From Phoronis australis (lineage: Eukaryota > Animalia > Phoronida), in the NCBI GenBank assembly GCA_002633005.1, contig NMRA01000955.1, positions 31,225-81,626 on the forward strand: DNA of 50,402 nt, read 5' to 3'. Numbering within the stretch: the first letter of the stretch is position 1; the number at the start of each line of letters is the position of its first letter. The notes beneath the pieces were generated by a model, which did no database searches, was not told the origin of the DNA, and saw only the letters and a list, made by a program, of their open reading frames with translations. Positions 36,402-49,682 of the stretch are shown here, in pieces. Both the position numbers and the translations under genes were made by a program.

Positions 36402-38202
36402 AGGAGAATGCCACCCGATTTAATTAGTCTTTTTTTACCGTCTTAATCGGTTTGTATCCACATCGCCTCTTATACAGTCGACCTCACCTTGCCGAGAGGT
36501 GCCGCGTTAACCTGTGAGGAAGGTGAGAAACGACACAGCGACGTCAGTGGTTCGTCTGCAGTGTGAATGCTGCTATATTGCGGTGCATCGTTCCCGCTTG
36601 TCCGAACTATGAAGCTGCAAAGCAGGTATATCGTTTTTTCGACTTCCTCGAGAGCCTGAAATGCTTAGGAAGTGGCTCATGGTAGTGAAGAATGAAAGGT
36701 ACGCTGTTAATAGCAAGTATGAGGCCGTGAAACATCTCCGTGTCTGTGGTCGACATTTCGTTGACAAATTCAGTCTTACCAAAGAGTTCTGTTGCCTGTG
36801 ATTGTTCACGGTGCATCTCTAGTATTTCTTGATCAATGTTTTCCGGTTAGAACTGATAGCCTGTGGAACCTAACGATCTGACCCCTTGAAGTCTTTGTCA
36901 GATGAGCTCTTGACTAAGTCGGGATTGGCGCCGGGCGAGTTGCCATGTAGACGTTTACATGCGCGCACCCAAGGGGGGCTCGGGGGCATGAACAAGCCCC
37001 CCATTTGGTGAAGTGGGCAAAAAGGTCCGCCTCTGAGAAACAAAAAGTCCGAGAAAACGAGACAAAAGTCCACTAAACAAGGACATACGTGTAATTCACA
37101 GTGATTCCCCCATTTTTGTTTTTTTTTTGTTATCAAAAGGTCCACAACCTCAATACAATTTGTAATGCCTTTGCAGTATTCATAAGTGCTAATGTTGAGA
37201 AGCCAGCAATGAATAAACCTCTGCGTTACCGGCTTTAGATGCGGGCAACAAAGGTGACTGACCGGGCACCGAGGCCGTGTGAGCACATGCTAATTCAGCG
37301 TTTGCTGAACGAAAACTGTTGTGAAACAATTACTCGATTTTACATGCTATGGTCACATGTTAGGGGATCTTTGTTTAGAAATACAAATACATTATTCAAA
37401 TCATTGTTACTGTACAACCTTTGCCCTGACGGTCTGTGGAAGTGGAACCGACTTCGCAGCCTCCGACAAGTAATAGATTTTCAGTTTTGTGGCTAATTCA
37501 CATACATTATTACGTGCACAATTTATTTCTTTGGCTCACTATTATAGTCTTTTCATGACAGGAGGTTAAGTTTCCAACTCAAGCTGGTTTATGTTTGTGG
37601 CAGTCTTGGCAGCCGCGACGGGCCTGATCGGGTTCCAAACTACTGGCTGGGATAAGGAGCCAGTTTGGCTGCGACGGGCCTGATCGGGTTCTGAGCCACT
37701 GGCCGGGATAATAAGCTTTTTGTGTGTTTAGCGCTCAAAAAATCACAAGTCTGAACAACACAGATCTAGGTTCTCCTGTCTGTATTTCACGGAAGAATAC
37801 TTCGAATTTATCTCCAAACAGATCCCAAACTCCTGCTACGGACCTTGGTAAATTGGCCTGCCGAACTTTGTAGGCTACGATGTGCCCAAATACCAATAAA
37901 TCCGGAATAGCGAAATACAACAACATGTTTTTATAAGAACTCGGTGTATTTATTAGGGTTTTACATCGAAGTTAGATGATTTATTGGTGTTAAATGATGA
38001 ATTTAAGCGAGAAGCTGATACCAGTAACCCGTGTTGTGAACTGCTGAACAGACTGCGTGTGAAACCTATGACGTCATTGGATAATTTCAACACCTCTGTC
38101 TGCCGTTAGGTGTCAGGTATTGCAACCGAACGTGCCATTATGGAATAGAACTACTCGATCTAAATTGATACAAAATAGGTTGTTTTTGGGTTGCATTCTC
38201 CT
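36402..38202 (+). mobile_element. Kolobok-like family K copy 2
   Basis: TTAA|AGGAGAATGCCACCC...GGGTTGCATTCTCCT|TTAA; colinear with copy 1; foreign MITE-end fragment at ~36958-37146. Confidence 0.88.
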
Positions 38203-39557
38203 TTAACCTATCTTTACTTGTGTTACATGACCAATTCATTTTAATAAAAATCTAGCAAAAAGAAAGTTGCATTCACAGTAAAACATTCAAGATGAAGTCT
38301 CAAAACACTGTTACAGTTTCTAATTAAAAGTATTTCATTTTCGATTCATGCAACTTATGAGTTTTTTCATGAAGTCATGAAGACCTGTTTATTAGACATC
38401 CAGATACATAAGTGGAATATTGTAAAATTTATTGCTACAAACTGTACAATGTTGAGGAGAAGTGTTTGAAGCATAGTATTTAAAAGTATTTTGTGAACTC
38501 GACTAGCCTTTTCTGAGTTATTTTAAAGTTAACCCAATTTTGACGCTCTGCTAATGTCCTCCGTAACATGAAGCATGATTGTTTTAAAATCTAACTTCAA
38601 TTTGTAGGTGTATTTGGCTAACCAGATAATCCTAACAAAGCTGTAGCAAATTAAGAAAACGCAAGTTTAATCACTTTTATGTTGGCCCATCAAATGATAG
38701 GGGAAGTTTCCTTTTCTTGCCATATTGTGCCACCCAGCACAAACAGCAAAACGCCGATAACAGTTGCAGAATAGGTGTCTGAATAGCACACCATTGCGTA
38801 CAGGTGTTTTTTGTAGCTTTTTGGATTAAAAGATGCTTTTATTGTTGACGTAGACAAAAGCAAGCCAATAAGCGTAATAGTTAATTATATTTTGCTATTT
38901 GTGGAACTAGTCGTCTCAGAAGCAGTGCTCTTAGTATACTGTAAGAACCAAATTTAGAGGTGCTACTGTTCAAGATGTGCTTTAAGGTATACTGCTAAGG
39001 CTTAAGAACCAAACTAATTGTGATTTGATGGTTCAATATACAACTGAAAAAGAACCATTTTAACCTGCAACACTTTACTGATAATATGTTCTTTTGAAAT
39101 TTGGACTGCTCTTCTAACCTTGCTTTTCCATATCAACTTGAGATTAAGTTTATAATGACATTAAACTCTCATTAAAACATCGGTGTCCAAATTTGCTGAG
39201 TACAAGACTGTTAGTTGTTTTCATTATTGAATTGAATGTGTTTTTATTAAAACACGGTGTTAGTTCTGTTATGGAATCCTTTTTGTACGATTTTCATTTG
39301 CCCATTGTCTGTGCTTTGTAAAATGGTTCGTAACACTGAGGTATGTGTGTATTGCTACTATATTTTAGGAGAAATGTTGATTCATACAAAGATTTGTGTG
39401 TTGTGGTCATACTCATTTACTGGGGTCCTGTGTTTTGAGAACCAGTTTTCTCTACTGAATAATGGGCGTCAAATCGGTACTCAAAATGTGGGACTCCGCT
39501 AAGGAACTATTGCCTATGTGGTTGTTTTATGAAGCCACTGCATTCAATTCTCAACAG

Positions 39558-39766
39558 CCTCTGAGTTGGAAGCTAAGTGTATCACTTTGTGTTACCATGC
39601 GAACCTGGATATTGCTGCTAAGTCCTGTCAACTGCTCAGTGACGTCTGCGTGCATAATGTTGAGAGTTCTTCGGCCTCAGAGGCCACTAAGGATTTTGTG
39701 TGCTCGGTACTGGAGTCTCTCATCCTGTCGTCAACCATAGGACAACCACATCCTTCTGCAGCTAAG
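39558..39766 (+). CDS. INTS7: INTS7 exon 8
   Basis: CAACAG acceptor; ASELEAKCITLCYHANLDIAAKSCQLLSDV...VLESLILSS...SAAK; GTGAGT donor; CYH..IAA and LESL motifs as in INTS7. Confidence 0.87.
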
Positions 39767-39959
39767 GTGAGTGTGGTAATATGTGAGCTGCATAATTGTT
39801 TTTCTGTCCCCACATATTTATATGTCTGGACATTTTTTGGTGTCTGGTGTCCAGCGTTCGCAGCTGCATCTCCTAAACCCCTCGTAGGATCTTGATGAGA
39901 TTTGGCAAATGTGTTCCTATGAAGCTGACGATTAATGACCACTAATTAAAGAAGGATCT

Positions 39960-40570
39960 GAGTACCGTTGTGCCCCCTACTGACAATTGTAGTTTTTATG
40001 TTTGCCTCAGTCTGTACCTTTAAAGGTTCTCAACGGATTTTATGAAATTTGGCTCATAATTGTTTTGTGCCATGTAGTGGCCATTTTTACCTTTTTCGAG
40101 TTTTTGGAGTTTGCCCCTGTATCAACCAAACCACTCTAAGGAAGACTGAAAATTGGCGTAGTATGTTCTTAATGTGAAGAGGACGGTGACAATGATTTTC
40201 CGATGACTTAACTACTGTGGTTCCTCCTAGTAGCAGTTTTGTGTGTTTTTGTGCCCGTGGCTGTATATCTCTTAAACGCTCTCAGGATCTATATTTAATT
40301 TAGCAGGTGTATTTATATGAAGTTGACAACGGACTTTCAGGCGGAGCAGACTACCGGTGTACCCCCTTGTGGCAATTAATTTTTTTCTTTTACCTCTGTA
40401 TCTTCAAAGGTTCTCAACAAATTTTCATAAAATTTAGCAGATAGGCAACTATTGGTGAGGTAACGCTATCCTCCTGTTTTTGGATGGATTTGAGGTATTT
40501 TGTGCCACCTAGTGGCTTGCAGATACTATGCTTTGTAAACTATTCTCAAAAATGCTTTGACATTTTTCCA
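39960..40570. repeat. Degenerate internally repetitive element remnant
   Basis: Recurrent AAAGGTTCTCAAC..ATTTT.AT.AAATTT.GC (~40022, ~40406) and GTGCCA..TAGTGGC motifs; resembles Helentron/HINE-like repeats, not confirmed. Confidence 0.4.
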
Positions 40571-40737
40571 ATACAAATGTTAAAAGAAATGAAGAATTAA
40601 TCTTTTTTTCTATCCTTTAAGTCAGCATGATTTATGACTCACTCACCAATATACATTTTGGCATTATACTAATTAAAATTAATTGAAATAAATCACTTTC
40701 CCCCATTGTTTGATTTCACCCTGTATTTTCTTTCCAG

Positions 40738-40834
40738 ATTTGCCTGAAGTCTGCCATCAAGGTATGTCAGGTGTGTCCGGACAGGTGTTGCAGATTTGTG
40801 CAGGCAGTCACTAGCTTACTGCCATCTGTAGATG
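40738..40834 (+). CDS. INTS7: INTS7 exon 9
   Basis: Strong pyrimidine tract + CAG; ICLKSAIKVCQVCPDRCCRFVQAVTSLLPSVD+G|GTAAGT; 97 nt, phase consistent. Confidence 0.82.
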
Positions 40835-42719
40835 GTAAGTCATACCTTGAGCTTGGTTAATGGTCACTGTGACTGGCATTCATAGTTTGACACCAAAACA
40901 TCTGCTTTTTAACACAAAAACAATACTGTAATGCACCCATTGCACAAGGCACTGATTGTCTGCGCAGTCCATTTAATTAATGAAGTCAAGCAGTTAATGA
41001 TCTTATCTGATTTTTGCCGAGTCAATACTGAAAACAGGCTTGTGACCTTATGTAATTGATGATGATGACAAATCAGTGAGACAGGCACCTTTAGTTAGTC
41101 ACATAAGAATAGGAACCAACTTGGAATACGAGAGTTGTAGCAGTGAGTCTTTCAGCAACAAGGCATTTAAAAAGGTTTTTACTCGAATGTGATGAAGCAT
41201 CGTACACATAAGCTATTGACAATGAAGCACCTCGGGAGCGGGCTCTTGTGATTACAAACAGGCCACAGGCCTATAGGTTCGAACCAGTGGTCAAAATTCC
41301 AGCGGTCGCTTTGCTGGTTTGGGTGAAGACTGGAATACAGCGGCAGATCCTGTAGTTGATGACTGCATCACTTCTGTTGTTTCATCACTGTTAGTGGAAG
41401 AATAAAAACATTGCTGTGAGTCTGCGAATAAATATTAGGCATATCCATTTCTTTTTGTTTCATTTATTTCTTCAAATTACAAAAAATACAAATCCTACGA
41501 ATCATGACGGTAGACGCATAAATGATAAGTGACATAATTTGTCGTTTCGTATTGTGTTTCATGGTGTGCATGGGTGGAGTAAAGGCGGGATCAACATTTT
41601 CTTCTATGTAGCTATGAAATGACAGTTTTTATCACAAAACCTTTTTGTTTTGATTTAATATCCATTTTGAGCAAATGCTGAACGGGGCGGTGGTCAAAAT
41701 CACCACAAGTCATAAAATTTAGAGAAACCTGTATTCCATTGTGTCATATAATCAAACCATGAAGAAGAGTTGACTTTCAAACAAAAAATGATTTCAAAAC
41801 AATTTCAAATATTTTAGCTGTGTGTAAAGGACAACTGAGTGCCTTTGGGCAATTCACAGTGAAATACTTGGAATATTCCTTATACTTTTTAACACAACAA
41901 ATCTGAAAATTGTTCAGAGTTGCCTTTTTATAGCAACATATATCAAAATGTATTAAAGATAAATCTTCACCGGTTGTTAAGTAGCCGGTTGAACTTGTCT
42001 TTCAATTCAGTCGTTGCTGCTGGAGATGAGACAGGTATTGTGAGAACTTTAACCACTCAATGAGTTACTTTTGCGTAACTAAATTCGGGTCTTCCTGAAT
42101 TTCACACGATTGGTGAAAATAATTTAGAAGCAATTGATGCCGCTGTTGTCCAAGATGGCCGACCGGATCCAAACAAGTGACCCAAATTTCTCCACAAAAC
42201 TTGCTATATCTTTGTATTGCTTCACCCGATTTTGATATTTTTTTAATTAGTGTTTTGTGGAGTGCAATATCTTTCCAGCGATATTGAAGAATTTCTTCAA
42301 AACAAAAAGAATGCTTCGATCACCCTATTTGTACTTCCTCGTGAACTTGACAGTCTTCAATCCCATCGTCGACGTAGTCTTAGATCAGTGAAAAATCTGT
42401 GAACAGACACCCCAGCCCATGATGTATTATCACAACCTCCCACTACACAGAGGTTTGGCATTCTTCTTCAAATACATGTACCAGACAGTTTGATTTAAAA
42501 TAAATTATGTTTAAATTTTCACAGATTCAGCACACAACAATGAAGATACTCAACTGACTTGGCATTGTTCATGACATGTCTCACTGATCTGACGTAGTAA
42601 CCAAAGATAGCCTAGCTAAAGTCAACATTTTGTTGTTTTGAGAAATTTGTGAGGAAATGGGAGCGCTTTTTAAACGAAATATTTTAATTGCGCAATGAGA
42701 TAAAAAACGAGAGCGCTCG

Positions 42720-42941
42720 GCGAAGACAGGACGATGGGGAGCACGACGACGACGATCATGACGATGAAGGCGGAGATTATGACAAATCAGTAAGAAATAG
42801 CTTGCAGTCTTGTTCACGCACCCGGTAAACTGGCAACAGTGCGAGAGCGCTAAGTGGAGCGACACTTGGCGAAATTACGCGAAAACAGGACGATGGGGAG
42901 TACGACGACGACGATCATGACGATGAAGGCGGGGATTATGA
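42720..42941. repeat. Two-copy direct repeat, period 159 bp
   Basis: GCGAA.ACAGGACGATGGGGAG.ACGACGACGACGATCATGACGATGAAGGCGG.GATTATGA at 42720 and 42879. Confidence 0.85.
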
Positions 42942-43703
42942 ACAACAGGATAACATTCATATGACGAACTTAGATGTCATAAATTGGTAAGAAATAAGCT
43001 ACAGGCTTGTTCAAATAAACTAAACCAACATCAATGCAGTAAGAGCGCTCAACAAAGGAACAGCGCTATCAAAAAATCTCAAATAATTAAAAAATTAGAC
43101 GTCCTAGCGAAAAATGAAAAACTTCATCTGAAAGCCCGTTCCATATTCTATCTAAATTGATAGTTTCGCAACATTCCATAATTTTTTCGAAAATTTTGCG
43201 GTTTTTTTGAAATTCAAAGTCAAATATTTCGAAAAGAGTAAGTCTGAGAAAAACGTTATCCCAGAACTTTTGAAAGAGCCTACTTCAAGGAATCCACATG
43301 CAAAAATTCATGTCATTTGCTCTTCCCATTAAAAATGCGACCGTAGAACGATTGAAAACTGGTGAAAATGCTCCAGAGCCGCCATTTTGAAAGTGACTTC
43401 GGGTTAAACAAAATTTTATTAAGTAAATAAATAGCAACAAACACGTGACCAGTTTGAAAATGATTGTTTCGCCAATGCGCCCTCTACAGGAGAAAACTTT
43501 TTTGGCCAGATATCGAGGTGCGCATGCGCCATCATCAATATTTCCGCCATCTTTAACCGGAAGTCAACGTTTTTTTGTAAACTGACTGTAACAATTTGTT
43601 ATTATAGGATGTGATCTCTCAACCACTTGGAAACTGCATAGAATGTGAGCTGATTGGCTCAGCAATATGACTTAGAAATTTAACAATTGATAATTTACTA
43701 CAG

Positions 43704-43828
43704 GTGAGTGTTGCCAGTTGCTGTGCGAGTTTCTGTGCGCTGTTGGTAGCCTGAGGGGTTCAGCTGTACACAGTGTCGTATGCAATCTGGTCTCTGTCAT
43801 GGAGTCGTGTGATGATCCGAAGACCAAG
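43704..43828 (+). CDS. INTS7: INTS7 exon 10 (gene continues beyond window)
   Basis: TACAG acceptor; GECCQLLCEFLCAVGSLRGSAVHSVVCNLVSVMESCDDPKTK; AAG|GTGAGT donor; phase 1 to 0 fits. No later exon recognised in the window. Confidence 0.75.
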
Positions 43829-44357
43829 GTGAGTGGCAGTTAGTTTAAATACAGTGCAGCCACCGAATTATTAGACTTCATTTGGTCTCCCTCTAGTCTG
43901 GCTAGACATGACTATATCTGGAGACAAACAGGGCAGCAAAGCGTTAATTGGCCGTGACTACTGACCTGAGCGTAAATGTGATTCTACCCGGAACTTATCG
44001 TGAATCGGGTGTTGAGGGCCCATGAAGGAGCTACAAGCTAGGTGTTTTTTGCCCCACCTCTGCTACATTCTGGACAACGGCATCTTAAAGATGCATTTGC
44101 ATACTCCTAACTATGCTGTATAGCAGGAACTAATTGACAATGATATTTAAGGCAATATTTTTTCAAATGAGACATTATTTACTCTCAAAGTGTGCGGAAC
44201 GGTTCCGCACTTTTTTAATATCCACTTAGGGCCATAAAAAATGGTATGTAACAAATCTATACCTTACCCTAAACATGTTTACAATGTTACATTTTTATTT
44301 TCTCAATTAGCATTTTCTTAATTAGAAGTTCAAAATCTGCGGAATGTTCCGCAGGTG

Positions 44358-44436
44358 TGCGGAATATTACGCAGATTTTGCGGAATATTACGCAGATTAT
44401 GCGGAATATTACGCAGATTTTGCGGAATATTACGCA
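44358..44436. repeat. 21-bp minisatellite x ~4
   Basis: TGCGGAATATTACGCAGATT(T/A) tandem units. Confidence 0.92.
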
Positions 44437-45000
44437 CTGCGCAAGTTTTGTGGAATACTGTGACTTGAGAAATATTATGTATATTTTGTGGAATAATAAT
44501 CAAAATAATAATTTATTTTTAAAAATCAATGTGAAAGTTCCAGAAGAGTTCCACAAACAGAAAAGTTTAGCACAGGACTAAAATTTTTAATTTTCTCGCG
44601 GCCCAATAAACATGAATTACATTCCATTCTCAATAGTACTTGAGAGTATAATGTGTCCACTCTCAATAATATATTGATCGATGTGACGGTTGCAGAAGGG
44701 TTCCACATGCGGAACGGTTCCGCAATTTTTTAAATTCTCATGACCAATAAAGTTAAAATGCATTCCATAATCAATACCACTTGAAAGTATCAATGTGCAA
44801 TCCTAATAATAATTACTTGATCAATGTGACAGTTGCGGAACCATTCCGCATGCGGAACCGTTCTGTATGAGGAGCGATTTCCCAAACAGAATGGTTTTGC
44901 TGGGTATTTGATTTCACCAATCAACTTGGAATACATTACATTATCAATGCCACTTGAAAGTATCGATGTGACAATCCTAACAGTAATTAGTTGATCAATG

Positions 45001-46140
45001 TGACAGTTGCAGAACCGTTCTGCATGCGGAACCGTTCCGCAAACAATACTTTTGTGATCCTCACAAGTTTTAAGAAAATTTTCTTGCACATTTCAGTTGA
45101 AATATACTCTATTCTCAATAGCATATGGAAATATCAATGTGTCAACATGAGCAATGATTAATCAGTGGGGAACTTGCTGAATGGTTTGTGATGCAGAAAC
45201 CTACCTCAAGCAGACTCGGGGAAAAATCGACATATTGTCTATGACATTTTACTGCTTTGGCAGAACCTTAACTCAAGCCATGAAATATTCAAATCTTAAC
45301 GTACAACAAGCATTAAACATACAAGTATCAGAATATGTACCCTAACAATAATTAATTAATAAATGTGACAGTTGCGGAACCGTTCCGCATGCGAAACCAT
45401 TCCGCAAACAATACTTTTGTGATCTTCACAAGTTTTAAAAAAATTTTCTTGCACATTTCAGTTGAAATATAATCTATTCTCAATAGCATATGGAAATATC
45501 AATGTGTCAACATGAACAATGATTAATCAGTGGCGAACTTGCTGAATGGTTTGTGATGCAGAAACCTACCTCAAGCAGACTCGCGAAAAATTGACATCTT
45601 GTCTATGCCATTTTACCGCTTTTGGCAGAACCTTAACCCAAGCCATGGAATATTCAAATCTTAACATACAACAAGCATTAAACATAAAAGTATCAGATTT
45701 TGTACCCTAACAATAATTAATTAATAAATGTGACAGTTGCGAAACCGTTCCGCACGCGGAACCGTTCCGCTAACAATACTTTTGTGATCCTCACAAGTTA
45801 TAAAAAATTTTCTTGCACATTTCAGTTGAAATACACTCTATTCTCAGTAGCATATGGAAATATCAATGTGTCAACATGAGCAATGATTAATCAGTGGGGA
45901 ACTTGCTGAATGATTTGTGATGAAGAAACCTACCTCAAGCAGACTCGGGTAAAAATCGACATATTGTCTATGACATTTTACCACTTTTGGTAGAACCTTA
46001 AAGCAAGCCACGAAATATTTGAATCTTAATGTGGAACAAGCATTAAACATCAAAGTATCAGAATTTCTACCCCAACAATATTTAATTAATAAAAGTGACA
46101 GTTGCGGAACCGTTCCGCATGCGGAACTGTTCTGCATGGG
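45001..46140. repeat. 365-bp tandem array x3 with paired palindromes
   Basis: Units start TGACAGTTGC at 45001, 45366, 45731, 46096; each opens with two near-copies of TGCGGAACCGTTCCGCA; shorter related units at 44684 and 44827. Confidence 0.92.
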
Positions 46141-49125
46141 GAGCGATTTCCCAAACAAAATAGGTGGAATTTGCACCAGTGACGTGCCATGGGAGCTCTC
46201 ATAGCGGCGTCATGCAGTGTAACTTCCCAACACCACGTTACAATATTTAATGGATATGGTTGAGTGATTTACGGCGCACCATTTTTGACACAAAACTCAT
46301 TTCTTAAAAATATTTGGCAATTTTCAGCCTACTTCATATTCACATCTTTGCTATATGTTAAGTTTCTAACTTATTTAACCAAGAGTCACAAAGATAAGGA
46401 ATTGGGGTGCAAATTCAACTGTAATGTGCAACCAGTGTCATTATCAACTGTGATCACTTCATGATCCATGTGATTTAAAGCACATTAAAAATTTTTAGAC
46501 CATGTAACTGAATGTAAAAACTAAAAGGAAATTTAACTGCAAGCGGTTTTCAAACTTTTTGATGAAGTGAAGTAAACAGTTAAATGCATGTGACAGCAGG
46601 AAGAGTTGCATACAAGCAGAGAGTGTGAAAGCGTCACTTGGTAGGAAGCCCACAAGCCCAATAAAACTGTCAGCATGCTGTGCACACCTGTGAGCTGCTC
46701 ATTCACAGGGTCTACCACACGCTCACTCTGTATATATTCATTCTCGAAAATCAAATATAGCTAGTGTTTTAATTTGATTGTTTGTTATATGAAAAAAACG
46801 GAGTGTTGCTACTCTCATTTCATTACATGGATACCTGACTGGTATGTTGACACTTGTTTTGTTATTGTATATAATTATCCTGATAATTTCTGACGAATAG
46901 ACGAAACGTTGAATGAACATGAACTTTTTTATTTGTGTGGCAATTATCCATTTTTTAATCTCACTATGGCAAAAGCTGATGTTTGTTATGTCTCTCGGTG
47001 TTTTGCTACATAGCTGCACACCTGAAGAAAGAAGATTGTTTCGACACTACGAGCAACTATCAAGCTTTCAAACAAAACCTTTAGTTGTGCTTTCAACAAA
47101 GCTCGGAGAGCTGCTACCGATTGAACTATTCTGTAAACTTTTTTAAAGATACGTAATCTGCAAATTTCACATAATCAGTGATAATTTTATTAGTTTTAAC
47201 CTTTTAATCAGTTAACCTACAGAAATATTTAACATAAACTAACAAAACTCCGAATTGTCCATCTCAAGCCAAGTTTCCAATATTGCACTGCACAGTACTT
47301 CTGACTTTACTGACAACAATGTAACGTCTTGAAGTAACCAGATCTCAATGTCTGCATAGACTGGGAGTGTCAGAATAAATATTGATTAAGTAATTAGTAC
47401 GAATAGATTCATTTTAAGTTGCCCAAAATTTGTGCATAATATGTACTTTTAAATCATGGGGTCAATCTTGTTGTATTTTAACGTCAAAATCTATTTAGTT
47501 AGTGTTTACTACTTTGGTCCGGGTGTCAAAGCACTCTGGAGATTCTAGAAATTTCTGTGAGCAAATCGTAACAGCCAGTGATATGATTAGATGAGAACAT
47601 GTGGTTTTCATTAGCCAATCACTAAAGAGGTATATTATTATAATTTGGGCTGAAATTAACAGGATATTTAGATGAGCTATAGTTGAAGCTAAAAGACTTG
47701 CTACATTGTACAGAAGAAATTGTACAACAGAGCCATCTGGTGGAAGATTCTAAAGAGGATCTTGGCAAGGGCAAGGGTTAGCAAATAGGAAGTTATTATT
47801 ATTTCATTATATTTCCGCGGAAAAAATCAGATTTTCCATAAAATTATCACGGCAAATTGGTTTCTCACCGCGGCGTTGCTGACGACTCGAAAAGCGGAAA
47901 CTGCTCTTTATGTTTCGGAGGAACGAAAACTGTACTTGCAGATCACAGGCGCTCGAATTTCCTGATGACTCGTAACCATATATAAGAAACATGTTTTCTT
48001 AGTAGTGAGTGCTGTCAGCGGCAATTGAGGAACAAATAAATTCAAGCGCCTGTGCCTGGGATAGCGTGGTTCATCAATGGTGTCTGCATTTGGTATAATG
48101 TCGCGGTGACAAATAGTGCAATTCTGCAGTCAAAAATGCATGGAGTAGACAGAATATTTTGTGGACAAAGTGGATAAAAGAAATAGTCAATGTCTTCACA
48201 AACAACATAAGTCGAGATTTGTGCACTGTAAACTTTGAGAGAGGAACAATGACGGAGTGCTTGGCCGAGTCCCCTCGGACTAAGTTGGAATTGGAGGACG
48301 GACTGAAAACGATGAAACGCCATTTTCACGAAAGACATCGCTCTAGCCGTTTAGCGACTAGTCTTTCATATATGGCACATCACATTTACAAAATACCGCG
48401 GAAAACTGGTGATGAGGCTGGATCTCGCAAGCTCATATCGGTTCGTATCCGCAACAAATAAACTGCAAAAAAACGTTTCGTCATTGTTGTAATTTGAATG
48501 CATTTTGTAGCAGTTAGGACTAATTTCTTAAAATGGTAAATATAATCCTTGTAGATGAGAAAATCTGTATTTGTCGACTCCTTTATGTATCAAAATATAG
48601 ACTTATCTCCCTTGTCATGCATACACTGGGAATTCCCTGTCAATGGAATCCCCGAGTAGAATTGCGACGAATGCAGATGATATTGGAATACCTGTAGTAT
48701 TAATTGAAGCAATTTTAAAACGAAAAACATCATTGAAACGGTTTAGTTATCACTGAGTGAACATAAAAGGTTCGCTGTGCGATTAAAATAAAACTAGCAG
48801 AAGAAGCACAGTTGACAGGTCAACTAATTGCGCTTTTGACGTTCCCGCACTGAACTGCAATTTGTTTGCTTATTAGCCATGTAATTCACCAAACTTTAGT
48901 AAATCTTTGCTGTGCACTAACAGTGCCCCGAAAGTTGCGGGTCGGCCGGCGATGTGACCTAGTGTTCCCCCCAAAGAAACGGAAACCGAATTCCGCTCCG
49001 GGGCCTCCTGTTCCTTGTTGGAGAACTCCGTATATCTTTACGCTCCACGCTGTTGCTGTTCAATTTCGCTTGCACTAGCCGGGGGGAGGCGTTTCTCCTG
49101 CCCATATGACTAATTACAATTCCAG

Positions 49126-49682
49126 AACAGCAACAATTTTTTGCGAGACATTAGTGATGTTGATACAGATGATGAAGAAACTAATGGTGATGTTTTGTAG
49201 AACTGTTCCAGTGGTGGATCAGGGACCAGAAGGGGGGCCCCCAACACGTTGCCTCAGGGAATTGGGCAGAGCGCGGCTGTATGTGTACATGCATCCCGAA
49301 AGTTGCGGGGGCGTGGAGTATGAAGCTTCTGTTCGGGAAATCTATCGACTAAAAATTTTTTAAAATAAAAAGCGGGAACGAGAGTCCCCCCTTCTCCAGT
49401 ACCGGTCCTAGTTATATTTTCTCATGCGTCGCGCTGTTGCTGTTTCATTTTGCTTGCGGCAGCCACTGCCCCTCCCCCACCCTAAATACACCTATGTATG
49501 TTCCAATTAGAGATATAATTATTAAAGGAAATTATCAAGTAGTGTATGCTAACCCTGAAGCTCTGGCATCAACAAGTGATGGTGTGAAACGCTTGCAAAA
49601 CAACGAACTAGCTTCCAAAACCAGGAATTAGCTTACAACGTGGCAATTGACTAATTAACGAAGGACACATTGTGTTAAAATG
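49126..49682 (+). pseudogene. Decayed exon of a RecQ-like SF2 helicase, probably transposon-borne
   Basis: After the MITE: IRDIIIKGNYQVVYANPEALAS... then, across frameshifts, VAID / EGHIVLKW followed by GTGAGT. Resembles RecQ motif Ib (Y-x-x-PE) and motif II (VDEAH...W). Confidence 0.55.
49209..49496. mobile_element. Free-standing relative of the MITE nested in family B
   Basis: CAGTGGTGGATC...CACCTATG, colinear with 17446-17785; TGTTC on both sides (right copy offset by 2 nt). A more decayed piece lies at ~48925-49075. Confidence 0.72.

Noticed and set aside
41560-43690. Additional element ends (Sola-like end near 42340; Helentron-like segment ~43096-43690)
   Set aside because: Repeat-like, but no paired termini, TSD or second copy in the window.
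44684-46140. CRISPR-like array of regularly spaced ~34-bp palindromic repeats
   Set aside because: The intervening sequences are near-identical ~330-bp copies rather than unique spacers; no cas genes; eukaryotic intron. It is a satellite.
47800-48470. 100-aa ORF as a possible transposase N-terminus linked to the helicase relic
   Set aside because: No diagnostic motif, termini or TSD seen.
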